Below are positions 30,010-40,052 of a stretch of 64,000 bases of DNA, piece after piece. Below the pieces are notes generated by a model. The model saw only the letters and a list, made by a program, of their open reading frames with translations, made no database searches and was not told where the DNA came from. The position numbers were made by a program, and so were the translations under genes. How positions within the stretch are numbered: position 1 is the first letter of the stretch; each line of letters begins with the position of its first letter. The DNA is from an uncultured Bacillales bacterium (lineage in GTDB: Bacteria > Bacillota_I > Bacilli_A > RF39 > UBA660), in assembly GCA_948433085.1 (NCBI GenBank), contig CAOJDP010000002.1, forward strand, positions 13,579 through 77,578, in the 5' to 3' direction.

Positions 30010-30187
30010 TCCAAGAAAGATATTATCCAAAGAAGATATAGATATACTTGAATCAAATAAAGTAAATGTTCCTGATAAAGAATTGAATGATAAAGAATGG
30101 GATAATTTCATCGTTCAAATAGCAATCAATTTAAAGCAGGAAGAATCCGAAAGGATAATAGATATATTAGATGACAGCACTAAATAA
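30002..30187 (+). CDS. hypothetical phage protein
   Basis: ORF. Confidence 0.3.
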   Translation: MNNPRKILSKEDIDILESNKVNVPDKELNDKEWDNFIVQIAINLKQEESERIIDILDDSTK

Positions 30188-30200
30188 AGTGCTGTTTTTC
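30174..30200 (+). terminator. rho-independent terminator (acagcac-taaataaa-gtgctgt-TTTT)
   Basis: Hairpin plus T-run. Confidence 0.5.
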
Positions 30201-30369
30201 TATACTACTTTATAGGTAGTATATCAATAATAAAAAGATATTTATGATAGTGAACTTATCTTGTGTTAAGAGAGGTCATACCAGTTGGAGAACATATACT
30301 CAATTAAATATCAAACACTATTGTTGATATAGTGCCTATAAGATAGACACTAAATAATGATTATTAAGA

Positions 30370-30395
30370 GGAATGATAGCTACATTCCTTTTTTT
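30370..30395 (+). terminator. rho-independent terminator (ggaatg-atagcta-cattcc-T7)
   Basis: Hairpin plus T7. Confidence 0.5.
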
Positions 30396-30495
30396 AATGC
30401 CTTTCTATTGTGGCTCAACAATGGGAATATTTGTGTGAAGCAATGAGCTGGGGACTTGTTTAAGTAAATGGCTTGGGGCTAAAGGAGGAATAAGA

Positions 30496-31050
30496 ATGGA
30501 CGCAAATAATAACGCTGGTGTAGTTGAGAACAATAATCAACAAAACCAAAACACAGGTGCTGATGTTCAAGTACCTAAAACTTTTGACGAAATGTTAAAA
30601 GAATCTAATTATCAAAGTGAATTTGATAGAAAAGTCCAAAAGTCTTTAGATACAGCTAAGGCTAAATGGGAAGCTGAATTAGAAGCTAAACAAAGTGAGG
30701 CTGATAAGCTAGCTAAGATGAAAGAGGACGAAAGAAAAGACTACGAGATAGAAAAAGCTCGTAAAGAAAAGGAAGAAGCTGAGGCTAGATTAAATGCTTA
30801 TGAATTAAAAGAAGAAGCAATTAAAATGGCTAATGCTCCTGAAACTCAGGTAGATGTTTCATTGTTAAATCTTATTGACTTTAGAAACATTAAGGCTGAA
30901 CAAGTAGAGCCTACTATTAAAAATATTAAGAAAGTTTTTGATAGTGCTGTTGAAAATGAAGTTAATAAGAGGTTAAAAGAAACAACTCCTAAGACCGTTA
31001 TTAGTCAAAACAATGGCGGTGCAAAGAAAAGTATCCCTAATGTATTTTAA
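30496..31050 (+). CDS. scaffolding protein
   Basis: Q/N-rich N-terminus, long coiled coil (KAKWEAELEAKQSEADKLAKMKEDERK...), upstream of the major capsid gene. Confidence 0.55.
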   Translation: MDANNNAGVVENNNQQNQNTGADVQVPKTFDEMLKESNYQSEFDRKVQKSLDTAKAKWEAELEAKQSEADKLAKMKEDERKDYEIEKARKEKEEAEARLNAYELKEEAIKMANAPETQVDVSLLNLIDFRNIKAEQVEPTIKNIKKVFDSAVENEVNKRLKETTPKTVISQNNGGAKKSIPNVF

Positions 31051-31075
31051 GGAAAGGTAAAGGAGGAATGTTTAG

Positions 31076-31927
31076 ATGGATACAAGTAGATTAGGTGCGT
31101 TAAGCATTGAATTATTGGGAAGTGAAGCTAAGGATAAATTAGCGGAAGAATACGGAAAGGTAATTGAAAACATAACAACTGAGACAGTAGCTGGTAAATA
31201 TTCTAATAAGGATTTAAGCGGTGACCCAACAAGTGGTAGCGTTGAAGCTAAGAGATTTGCTAATGTTAAAGGTCAAAAATATGGAACAGCTAGAAAAGGT
31301 GGAGCTGGACAAAAAATTAAAGCTCAAAATGTAGTTGTACCTATTGATGATGATGTTGAATACATCGAAGAAGTAGAAGAAAAAGATTTAAAAATGTATG
31401 GTGTTGGAGGTTTAATTGAAAAAAGAACAGCTAATCACGGATTAAGTGCTAGTATTGATAATGATGTTAAATTTTTCCAAGCTATGGCTGATGAGGGAAC
31501 TGAATTTAGTTGTACTGAAACAGCAATCAATAAAATTGTAAGTAAAGCTATTACTACTATGAGAAAAACTAAAAATGACTTTGTAAATGGAGTACCTTTA
31601 CAAATGATTAAAGTTGCCTTTAGTGAAGACGCTTACGGAGAAATTAGAGATTGGTTAGATACTACAGCTAAATCTAATATTGATACTTCTATTGGTGAAG
31701 TTGGAAGATTCCACGGAGTAGATGTATTTAGCACCGTAAATATGCCTGATGGATATGATTTTATGGTGTTTATTGATGGTGCTGTAGCTCAACCAAAACA
31801 CCCAGTAATCTATAACCCAGCTCAAATAGAATTTTCTAAAGCTATTGGTTTTGGTTTATTTATTGATATGGGAACTAAATGTGTGACACCTGACTTAGTA
31901 TTATGCAAAAAAACAGCTAATGCTTAG
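31076..31927 (+). CDS. major capsid protein
   Basis: 283 aa after the scaffold; AGGAGG RBS. Confidence 0.55.
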   Translation: MDTSRLGALSIELLGSEAKDKLAEEYGKVIENITTETVAGKYSNKDLSGDPTSGSVEAKRFANVKGQKYGTARKGGAGQKIKAQNVVVPIDDDVEYIEEVEEKDLKMYGVGGLIEKRTANHGLSASIDNDVKFFQAMADEGTEFSCTETAINKIVSKAITTMRKTKNDFVNGVPLQMIKVAFSEDAYGEIRDWLDTTAKSNIDTSIGEVGRFHGVDVFSTVNMPDGYDFMVFIDGAVAQPKHPVIYNPAQIEFSKAIGFGLFIDMGTKCVTPDLVLCKKTANA

Positions 31928-31962
31928 TTTATAGAACGATAAAAAAGAATGGAGGAATAAAA

Positions 31963-32214
31963 ATGAAATCGTTTAAAAATAAACAAACAGGAGTTATTTT
32001 AACTCCAAAAAATAAGTGGGTAGAGGAACAATTAGAAGCTAATAATGAGTACGAAGTAGTAGGTGCTAAAGCTTCTATTAAGCCTACTGATGATAAAAAA
32101 GCTATTAAGGATATGAATAAAAAAGAATTAGTAGCTCTTTTAAAAGAAAAAGGTATTGACGCTAACGAAGATATGAAAAAAGATGATTTGTTAGCATTGA
32201 TTCCACAAGAATAA
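31963..32214 (+). CDS. small protein with Rho-N/SAP-like motif
   Basis: KKELVALLKEKGIDANEDMKKDDLLALI. Confidence 0.4.
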   Translation: MKSFKNKQTGVILTPKNKWVEEQLEANNEYEVVGAKASIKPTDDKKAIKDMNKKELVALLKEKGIDANEDMKKDDLLALIPQE

Positions 32215-32223
32215 GAAATAGAA

Positions 32224-32550
32224 TTGGAGGGTAATAGAATGAATGAAAAAGATAAGGCTAATATGCTTGAAAGATTAAAAAAGGATATTAGTGTCAATTT
32301 CAAAGTTGGAGATGATAGTGTATTATCAGGATTCATAGATGATTATATTTCTATTGCCTCCGACAATTCTAATCGTCGAAAAGATGATAAAAAATTATAT
32401 CCGTATGTTTATAAAGCTGTTGCGTCAGCATATCAAAGACGAGGGGACGAGGGAAGCTCGAGCTCAACTGAGGGTAGCCAATCAACTTCTTATATTGATA
32501 TAGAAGAGAAATTAGCTAAAGATGTTAGAGCGGTAAGAGTGGTAAAATGA
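32224..32550 (+). CDS. head-tail connector protein (putative)
   Basis: Position. Confidence 0.35.
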   Translation: MEGNRMNEKDKANMLERLKKDISVNFKVGDDSVLSGFIDDYISIASDNSNRRKDDKKLYPYVYKAVASAYQRRGDEGSSSSTEGSQSTSYIDIEEKLAKDVRAVRVVK

Positions 32551-32897
32551 GAATTAAAAACTTATCTAAAATATACATTTATAAGCCTGATAAAAAGCTA
32601 ATAAAAGGTGAATATTTCACTAATTGGATTTTTAAAGGTGAAGATTGGTTAAATGCTCAGCAAGACATAGATGAATTAAACCGCAATAGTGCTGGTGAAA
32701 TCGACTATGAAATCGTTAAACTTCGTATTGATAGAGAAGTGAATATAACTAAAGGTGATGGAATCTCTTTTAGTCCTTTAGAAGTAGATGAAAATAATGT
32801 GGTTATCAATGATGGTAAACCTGATTATTTAGTTGAAAATATGCCTAAAATAGGTAAAACTACACTTTATACTTTAATTACCAATAATGGAGAATAG
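32547..32897 (+). CDS. head-tail joining protein (putative)
   Basis: Position. Confidence 0.35.
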   Translation: MRIKNLSKIYIYKPDKKLIKGEYFTNWIFKGEDWLNAQQDIDELNRNSAGEIDYEIVKLRIDREVNITKGDGISFSPLEVDENNVVINDGKPDYLVENMPKIGKTTLYTLITNNGE

Positions 32898-32899
32898 TT

Positions 32900-33433
32900 A
32901 TGATAAGTGTTGAATGGAATAAAGACAATCTTAAAAGTTTTGAAAAGAAGATGGAAGCAATCATTAAGAAATTGCCTGAGGCAACTAAAATGGGCGTGAA
33001 TGATTCTTTAAAAAATACTCAAGAAAAAGCTTTACAAAATAAGCGGGGAAATAAAGATGAGAAATATATTCCTATTGAGATACTAGATTTTGACAAAGGT
33101 AAAGTTGTTGGTAGAGTTTATACTGATAAAGATTTGTTTTCTTATGCTCCATTTTTGGAGTTCGGTACAGGAACTAAAGCGGAGCTACCTCATATAGGTA
33201 AGACTAAAACATTTATAGCTAGTGGTTATAGATATTGGTTTTTACCTGTAGAAAAGGTAGATAGACAATTTAGTCCTGAAAGAATAGTGGTTATAGATGG
33301 GCAACAATTTTATTTGATGTTTGCTACTAAACCATTTCCATTTATGCGTCCGGCGTCTTTTTCCTCTCGTCAGGAAAATGCTGACTTAGTAAATGAGAGA
33401 ATAGGAAAGTTATTGATGGAGGTATTAAAGTGA
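32900..33433 (+). CDS. tail completion / head-tail component (putative)
   Basis: Position. Confidence 0.35.
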   Translation: MISVEWNKDNLKSFEKKMEAIIKKLPEATKMGVNDSLKNTQEKALQNKRGNKDEKYIPIEILDFDKGKVVGRVYTDKDLFSYAPFLEFGTGTKAELPHIGKTKTFIASGYRYWFLPVEKVDRQFSPERIVVIDGQQFYLMFATKPFPFMRPASFSSRQENADLVNERIGKLLMEVLK

Positions 33434-33816
33434 AAGAATTTAAAGTAAGTGAATTTTATGATATGGTTATATCCATATTAGAATCCATATTAAAGGAAGT
33501 AGTTAGAGAAAATCCTGATGGAAAGGCTATATTTCCGTGTATAGTAGCTCAAGCTCCTATGAGGTTGGACGAAAAGAACGGAGAAGATGTACCAATACTA
33601 TCAAGATTTTCAATTACTATTGAGGCGTGGACTAAAAGGAAGTCATCTAGTATAGAATTAGCTGATGAAATAGATAGTAAATTAAGAGGATATAATTTTA
33701 CGAGAACAGGAACACCTATAGACCTTTATGACGAGAATACTATGTGTCATCGTTACGGGGGAAGCTATGAGGTGTTTTATAATGCTCTCACAAATAGTTT
33801 AGAAAAAGTTAAATAG
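33430..33816 (+). CDS. tail component (putative)
   Basis: Position. Confidence 0.35.
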   Translation: MKEFKVSEFYDMVISILESILKEVVRENPDGKAIFPCIVAQAPMRLDEKNGEDVPILSRFSITIEAWTKRKSSSIELADEIDSKLRGYNFTRTGTPIDLYDENTMCHRYGGSYEVFYNALTNSLEKVK

Positions 33817-33834
33817 GTAAAGGAGGAATTTTAT

Positions 33835-34296
33835 ATGACACCTAAAACAGGTACTTTGACTAAAATTTTTATAAGTGAAAAGGAATACCCAGCTGAGGCT
33901 GATTTAGATTTAATTATGTACACTGAGGAAATTCCAGCGGTAGAAGACCCAGCGGAAGCTATTTCATATCAAACTACTGATATGGACGGAGAAGAACAAA
34001 GTAAAGGTAGTAAGAAAGCAACTACTCCAGCTATTCCAGTTCTTTATAAGAGTGAACAACACGACGCTCTAAAAGAAAAAGCTGATAGTAATAAAAGCTA
34101 TTACTTCTTTATTCGTTATCCACAATCTACTTGTGCCGATGGAGAACAACCTTTAGTAAAATCTTTCTCAGCTCAAATGGATTTAACTGGAGATACTATT
34201 ACAGCTGGAGATATTATTAAAGATACTTTAACTCTTTATAGAAATTCTAGTGTAAGAGAATCTCACGGACTACCAGTAGCACCAGTTGGAAATTAG
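33835..34296 (+). CDS. major tail protein (putative)
   Basis: AGGAGG RBS; position before the chaperones and tape measure. Confidence 0.45.
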   Translation: MTPKTGTLTKIFISEKEYPAEADLDLIMYTEEIPAVEDPAEAISYQTTDMDGEEQSKGSKKATTPAIPVLYKSEQHDALKEKADSNKSYYFFIRYPQSTCADGEQPLVKSFSAQMDLTGDTITAGDIIKDTLTLYRNSSVRESHGLPVAPVGN

Positions 34297-34309
34297 TAGG
34301 TGATAACTG

Positions 34310-34471
34310 ATGGCTAAATTTAAAAATAAAAAGACGGGGCGTGTTTGGGATATTACCAATGCGGAACATCTTAAACACTTCCGTTCTAATCCTAGATTTG
34401 AGGAAGTAAAAGAAAAAAATAAAAAGGTAGAGAATCAGCCTAAAAAGGAAGATAAACCTACCGAAGAATAA
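34310..34471 (+). CDS. small basic protein (53 aa)
   Basis: ORF with AGGTGA RBS. Confidence 0.3.
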   Translation: MAKFKNKKTGRVWDITNAEHLKHFRSNPRFEEVKEKNKKVENQPKKEDKPTEE

Positions 34472-34497
34472 AAAAATAAAAAGAAAGAGGTTTTATT

Positions 34498-34953
34498 ATG
34501 ATTTTAAAAGTAAAAGATAAAGAATATTCATTTACAGCTACTATGAAAAAGATAGTTGCTATGAATAAAAAATTAAAAGTAAAGAATTTAAGGGACGCTT
34601 TTTTTAGAGCGTTAAATAATGTTGACTTTGAGTTCTTAGCCGATTTTCTTCTAGCTTTTGCCGATGAGCCAAAAGAATTAAATAATGATTCTAACAAAGT
34701 CTATGACTTAATGGAGGCTTGGGTAAATGAAGCTACTGAGGAAGACCCAAGAAACTATGAGGACATTTATAAGCTATTAGCTGAGGAGATAAACGATAAA
34801 AGTTTTTTCGGGAAAAAGATGACGGAGAAGGAGTTGAAAGCTCAAATGGACAATCCGCTAGCCGACTTCGACATCAATCAAGTAATTTCAAATACAGCGG
34901 AAAAAGTGATGGGAGAAGTAGTAGCGGAAGAGTTCAAAGGATACAAAGGCTAG
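34498..34953 (+). CDS. tail assembly chaperone (gpG-like)
   Basis: Position between the major tail and tape measure genes; overlapping -1 frame open from 34800. Confidence 0.55.
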   Translation: MILKVKDKEYSFTATMKKIVAMNKKLKVKNLRDAFFRALNNVDFEFLADFLLAFADEPKELNNDSNKVYDLMEAWVNEATEEDPRNYEDIYKLLAEEINDKSFFGKKMTEKELKAQMDNPLADFDINQVISNTAEKVMGEVVAEEFKGYKG

Positions 34954-35324
34954 ATTATATAGATTTAATATATGATTTAGAGCCTTTAGCTTACCGATTT
35001 GGAATGAAACCTCACGAGTTTTGGGATTCTACTTATAGAGAAGTTGCTTTATATGTGGAATCTCGTTCTCTCCAATATGAGCAAGAAGTCAAAACACGAA
35101 TACAATTAGCTGAAAACTTAGGTAATAAGTTGATTAGCTCAGGTATGACCGCTAAGAATCCTAAAAATATAAACTTAGTTAAGGATATATACCCTGAACT
35201 ATTTAAGGAAGAATTAGCTAGACATAGTGCTTTTGAAAGAAAAGCAAGTGAGGGAGAGGACTTAGTCAATTTGATGTTAGAATTGACGGAAGAGTTGAGG
35301 CAAGAAACGAAAGGAAAAGAATAA
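34803..35324 (+). CDS. tail assembly chaperone -1 frameshift extension (gpT-like part; G-T fusion via slippery T TTT TTC at 34803-34809)
   Basis: The -1 frame is open from 34800 to 35324; slippery heptamer sits just after that frame's upstream stop; AAAAAG follows at 34813-34818. Confidence 0.45.
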   Translation, partial: FFREKDDGEGVESSNGQSASRLRHQSSNFKYSGKSDGRSSSGRVQRIQRLDYIDLIYDLEPLAYRFGMKPHEFWDSTYREVALYVESRSLQYEQEVKTRIQLAENLGNKLISSGMTAKNPKNINLVKDIYPELFKEELARHSAFERKASEGEDLVNLMLELTEELRQETKGKE

Positions 35325-35411
35325 TAAGGAATCACACAAAGGAAATGGTGGTGATGACTTATTACAATAGAAGAATTAGAAATAATTATAAGGGCTAATA
35401 TTACGGACGCT

Positions 35412-37829
35412 ATGAGTGGGATTAAAAAAATAACTGATGAAGTTAAATCCGCTGTAGCTAAGAGTGTTGAGCCTATGAAAAATCTAACCACTCAAGCAAA
35501 AGATATGGCTAGTAAAAGTGCTTCTAGTGTATCTCAAATGAAAGCTCAAATGAGAAGTTATAGTGGCTCTATTCAAGAAACAGCTAAGCAACAAGATTAT
35601 TTAAGAACTAAAATCGAGGACTTAAAAGATTTATTAGCTAAAGCTGATATGGGTTTTGAAGTTGGAGATACGATGAAGATTGAAGCTGATATTGAAAAAC
35701 TTGAAAATCGACTTAGAAAGTTGCAAAGTCAGGGTCAAAACACAGGTAAGGAAACTTCTGGTGCTTTTGATAAAATAAAAGCTAAAGTCAAATCAGCAGG
35801 AACACATCTAGCGGGGTTAGGTGGTAAGTTTAAAAATGTTTTAACTGGTAGTAAAAACTTGGGTAAGACATTTACATCTACCTTTAATAGTGGAATAAAA
35901 TCCATAAAAAGATTTGCTATGGGATTACTAAGCGTTAGAACAGCGGTTAGTATGGTTAGTAAAGCTATGCAATCATATTTAAGTTATGATACACAATTAT
36001 CCGATTCTATCCAAAATTGTTGGAATGTATTAGGAAGTCTATTAGCACCAGTATTAGAGTTTGTTGTTAGTTTATTCTCAAAGGCTGTAAGCTATGTAAA
36101 TGCTTTTGTACAGGCTCTTACAGGAATCAATCTTGTAGCTAGAGCTAATAAGAAAGCAATAGATAGTCAAGCTAAATCAACTAAAAAATTAAGTGAAGCT
36201 CAATCTAGTTTAGATGAGTTCCATACGGTCAATACCGATAATGGCTCAGGTAATGATAATAAACCTATCACGATTGAGCCTGTAGATATGGGAAAACTTG
36301 ATTTTCTTTTTGATTGGATTGAAAAAGCTAAACAATTACTTGCTACTTTATTTGACCCCATAAAACAAGCTTGGGAAAATAAAGGACAAGCTTTTATTGA
36401 TAGTCTAAAAAATGCTTTTGAGGGAATTAAGAATCTAGGAATAGCTGTATTTAGTTCTATATTAGAAGTATGGACTAATGGTACAGGTCAAACGATAGTT
36501 GAAAACATCTTACAAATGTGGACGAATGTGTTTAACATTGTTGGAGCACTAGCTCAGGCTTTTGCTAATGCGTGGACGAATGCTGGAAATGGTACAGCAA
36601 TCATACAAGCTATAGCGGATATATTTATAGCAATACAAGACATTGTTATTAGTATATCTAATTCATTATTGAATTGGGTGATGAGTGAGAATTTCCAAAA
36701 CGCATTAAATATAGTTTTTGGAATCCTAAGAGATTTATTTGGATATGCTCAAGAAATAGCTTCTTGGATAGCTACAATGTATGAAACTTATCTTGCTCCT
36801 GTAGTAGATAAGATATTAGATTGTATTTCAAGAATAATAATAGCTATTGGCTCAGTATGGGAGTTCTTAAAGCCTGTAATAGATACAATAATTGATGTAA
36901 TTATGAATGTACTAGAGCCTGTTATTGATGGACTATGTGGAATTATAGGCGGAATCATTGATGTTCTAAGTGGTGTTGCTGATTTTATCACAGGAGTATT
37001 TACCGGTGATTGGAGTAAAGCTTGGGACGGAATTAAATTGATATTTAGTGGAGTGATAGACGCTATAGTTTCATTGTTTAGAGGACTATACAATACAATA
37101 GTAGCTCTTTTACAGGGTGCTTGGGATATTATTAAGTCTATTTGGTCGGTAGTAAGTAGTTGGTTTAATAATGCGGTTATCAAGCCTTTAGGCAACTTAT
37201 TTAATGGTATATGGAATACTTTAAAGAACGGAGCTCAAAACACTTGGAATGGTATTAAAAATATCTTCTCATCAGTAGCGTCATTCTTTAAAAATATATT
37301 TACCAATGCTTGGAATGGTGTTAAAAATGTTTTCTCTACTGGAGGAAGAATATTCTCAGGTATAACTGAGGGTATAGTATCAGCGTTTAAAAAAGTAGTA
37401 AATACTATTATAGCTGGTATCAATAAAGTTGTTGCACTTCCATTTAAAGGAATCAATACAGCTTTAAAGAAAGTAAGAGATATATCATTTTTAGGAATAG
37501 AGCCATTTAAGGGATTGATTAAACTAATTGATATACCACAAATACCTAGCCTAGAAACTGGAGGCGTACTAGACCAAGAAACAATAGTAAGGGTAGCTGA
37601 ATATTCAAATGCTAAATCTAATCCGGAAATTGTATCTCCTAGAGATATGATGAAAGAAACAATGAAAGAGGCTATTGAAGAATCAGGAATGAACAATCAA
37701 TCTCAACAAGTAGATGTAAATATTACTGGAGAACTTACCGCAAAAGGTGATGATTTAGTATATGTATATGATAAGAACAAGAAAGACAAAGGTTATGATG
37801 GTGGAAAGAATCCATCGTTTGCCTACTAA
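35412..37829 (+). CDS. tail tape measure protein
   Basis: 805 aa, coiled-coil N-terminus, G/A/I-rich helical repeats, position. Confidence 0.8.
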   Translation: MSGIKKITDEVKSAVAKSVEPMKNLTTQAKDMASKSASSVSQMKAQMRSYSGSIQETAKQQDYLRTKIEDLKDLLAKADMGFEVGDTMKIEADIEKLENRLRKLQSQGQNTGKETSGAFDKIKAKVKSAGTHLAGLGGKFKNVLTGSKNLGKTFTSTFNSGIKSIKRFAMGLLSVRTAVSMVSKAMQSYLSYDTQLSDSIQNCWNVLGSLLAPVLEFVVSLFSKAVSYVNAFVQALTGINLVARANKKAIDSQAKSTKKLSEAQSSLDEFHTVNTDNGSGNDNKPITIEPVDMGKLDFLFDWIEKAKQLLATLFDPIKQAWENKGQAFIDSLKNAFEGIKNLGIAVFSSILEVWTNGTGQTIVENILQMWTNVFNIVGALAQAFANAWTNAGNGTAIIQAIADIFIAIQDIVISISNSLLNWVMSENFQNALNIVFGILRDLFGYAQEIASWIATMYETYLAPVVDKILDCISRIIIAIGSVWEFLKPVIDTIIDVIMNVLEPVIDGLCGIIGGIIDVLSGVADFITGVFTGDWSKAWDGIKLIFSGVIDAIVSLFRGLYNTIVALLQGAWDIIKSIWSVVSSWFNNAVIKPLGNLFNGIWNTLKNGAQNTWNGIKNIFSSVASFFKNIFTNAWNGVKNVFSTGGRIFSGITEGIVSAFKKVVNTIIAGINKVVALPFKGINTALKKVRDISFLGIEPFKGLIKLIDIPQIPSLETGGVLDQETIVRVAEYSNAKSNPEIVSPRDMMKETMKEAIEESGMNNQSQQVDVNITGELTAKGDDLVYVYDKNKKDKGYDGGKNPSFAY

Positions 37830-37842
37830 GGAGGGGTGAAGA

Positions 37843-38244
37843 ATGATTAAAAAAGGAAAAAATCCATTATTCTTATTTAATGGTGAAGCTTTGCCTAGCA
37901 ATCCTCAAGTAGGGTATTTAGAGGAAAATGAGCAATTAGTTAAAGGTACAAGAAATGTACGAGGTCAAACTATTGCTCAGCCTATAAATAGAAGAATCAA
38001 TAAATTTAATAACATTGTCTTTCCTGAATTATCTTTGATTGATTATAACTGGTTAAAAAATAAAGTAGCTAATTTTGAAGTTCTTTTAACTTATTATGAT
38101 AGTGATGAATTAGATGTTATAGTTCGTAGATTCTACTTTGGTAATTTAAGCGGAACTCCTGTAGAATGGGAAAATTATCAGGGTGTACAAAAACCTACGA
38201 AGTATAGAGATGTCAAAGTCAATATTATTGATATGGGGTATTAG
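37843..38244 (+). CDS. distal tail protein (Dit-like, putative)
   Basis: Position after the tape measure. Confidence 0.3.
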   Translation: MIKKGKNPLFLFNGEALPSNPQVGYLEENEQLVKGTRNVRGQTIAQPINRRINKFNNIVFPELSLIDYNWLKNKVANFEVLLTYYDSDELDVIVRRFYFGNLSGTPVEWENYQGVQKPTKYRDVKVNIIDMGY

Positions 38245-38246
38245 TT

Positions 38247-40052
38247 ATGGCAAGTATAGAAATGATTGAACAACTTAAAAAACCTAAGAGAAATCTTGGG
38301 TTTTTGAAAGTTAAATTTAATATAGTTGACCCTGAAACTAATCCGGATTTATCAAGTAATAGTGAAGAGATATTTAGTAGTTTAGATAGTATTAAAGAAT
38401 CAACAATACCTCAAACTAAAAATTATGCTACACTTGAGAAAAACTTTTGGATTCTTAATGATAGTCAGCCAATCTATGGTAGTGAAGAGTTAGAACAAAC
38501 ATATACAAGTTCTTATATGAGTGATAAGAATTGTCTTTTTACTGATAAGGCGTGTATAACACTAACTTCTAGTGTTTATTTAACTACTTTAGGACTTACT
38601 ATGGTATTTGATAGCATTGATAAAAATTATGCCAAAAGACTAAATGTAAAGGCTTATAGAGATAATACTCTTATAATGAATAAAGATTATACTTTAAATA
38701 GTTATAAAGAAAGATTGATATTTGCTGATAACGATGAATTAGTTAGATGGAATAGAATTGAAATATATTTTATTGAATCTAGTTTACCATATAGAAGAAT
38801 AAGAGTGAATCAGCTTTTATTTGGTATTATGGAAATATATACTGATGAAAATATTATTAGTGCTGAGAGTAAAGAAAAGACTACGATGATAAACTCCGAA
38901 CTACCAACTCATACTTTTAAATTCACTATTGATAATATGAATAAATTGTTTAATCCTGACAACCCTGAGGGGTGGTATAGATACATATTACAGCAACAAC
39001 CTATATCTTATGAATGGGGCTATCAATTAGACGATGGAACTATTGAATGGATATTAGGTGGCAATATGCTACTTACTGGCTCAGTAGATGTCGGTGAAAA
39101 TCAAGTGACATTTAGCACTACTTCACTTATAAATTACTTAACTAAATCTTATAAAAAAGGTGTTTATAATGCTAATGGTAGAAGTCTATATGATTTAGCT
39201 GTAGATGTTTTAACTGATAGTAATATTGATGAAAGCCAATATAATTTATGGGAGGGACTAAAGTTATTAAAAACTGACGCTCCACTACCAAAATTAGAGG
39301 CTAGACAATTACTACAAATAATAGCAACTACAGGGAATTGTATATTATTTACTAATAGAGAAAACATTATAAACATACAGCCATTTAGTTATATATTAAG
39401 TCCTTATGGAATGAACTATGATTTTATTACAAGTAATCCAGTAGTAAAAGTACAAAGTGAATTACATAATGCTATTATATATATAAATCACTATTCTATA
39501 GATGAGGCTGTTAGTGAGTTATTTAAAAATGAATCTTTAGAAATAACAGGAACAACTAAAATAGAAATTGAATATGATTTAGCCACTAATGTTAGTGCTA
39601 CTATAACAGGTGGAACTATAATAAGTGCTAATTACTATGGACGATATGCTGTTTTAGAAATAACTAATAATAGTGATGAGCCTGTATCTTTAAAGGTATT
39701 AGGTAATAAGATAAATGTTAGTCAAACAATAGATTCAAAAAATTATAATGATGATGGTGAAAATATAGAGTATAAAAACGACTTAATTACACAAATGGTT
39801 GAAAGTTCTAAAGAAGTTAAACTAAAAGAATTTATAGGAAATTGGTATAATAATAGAAATATTTACTCTTTTGAAAATAGAGGGGATATAACTAAAGATA
39901 CTAGAGAGATATTACCTATAGAAACTGATTTTAGTAGTAGCTTGATTGGATATTTGATAGAAAATAATATTAAATATGACGGAGCTTGGGCTGGTAATAG
40001 TGTAGTTGTAAAAGTAGGTGATAAAGATGTGGCAAAAGCCCATTTACGATAG
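38247..40052 (+). CDS. tail protein (Tal/baseplate-like)
   Basis: 601 aa, position. Confidence 0.4.
   Translation: MASIEMIEQLKKPKRNLGFLKVKFNIVDPETNPDLSSNSEEIFSSLDSIKESTIPQTKNYATLEKNFWILNDSQPIYGSEELEQTYTSSYMSDKNCLFTDKACITLTSSVYLTTLGLTMVFDSIDKNYAKRLNVKAYRDNTLIMNKDYTLNSYKERLIFADNDELVRWNRIEIYFIESSLPYRRIRVNQLLFGIMEIYTDENIISAESKEKTTMINSELPTHTFKFTIDNMNKLFNPDNPEGWYRYILQQQPISYEWGYQLDDGTIEWILGGNMLLTGSVDVGENQVTFSTTSLINYLTKSYKKGVYNANGRSLYDLAVDVLTDSNIDESQYNLWEGLKLLKTDAPLPKLEARQLLQIIATTGNCILFTNRENIINIQPFSYILSPYGMNYDFITSNPVVKVQSELHNAIIYINHYSIDEAVSELFKNESLEITGTTKIEIEYDLATNVSATITGGTIISANYYGRYAVLEITNNSDEPVSLKVLGNKINVSQTIDSKNYNDDGENIEYKNDLITQMVESSKEVKLKEFIGNWYNNRNIYSFENRGDITKDTREILPIETDFSSSLIGYLIENNIKYDGAWAGNSVVVKVGDKDVAKAHLR

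Noticed and set aside
36788-37696. Minus-strand ORFs 36788-37195 and 37235-37696
   Set aside because: They are antisense to the tape measure gene and have no RBS.
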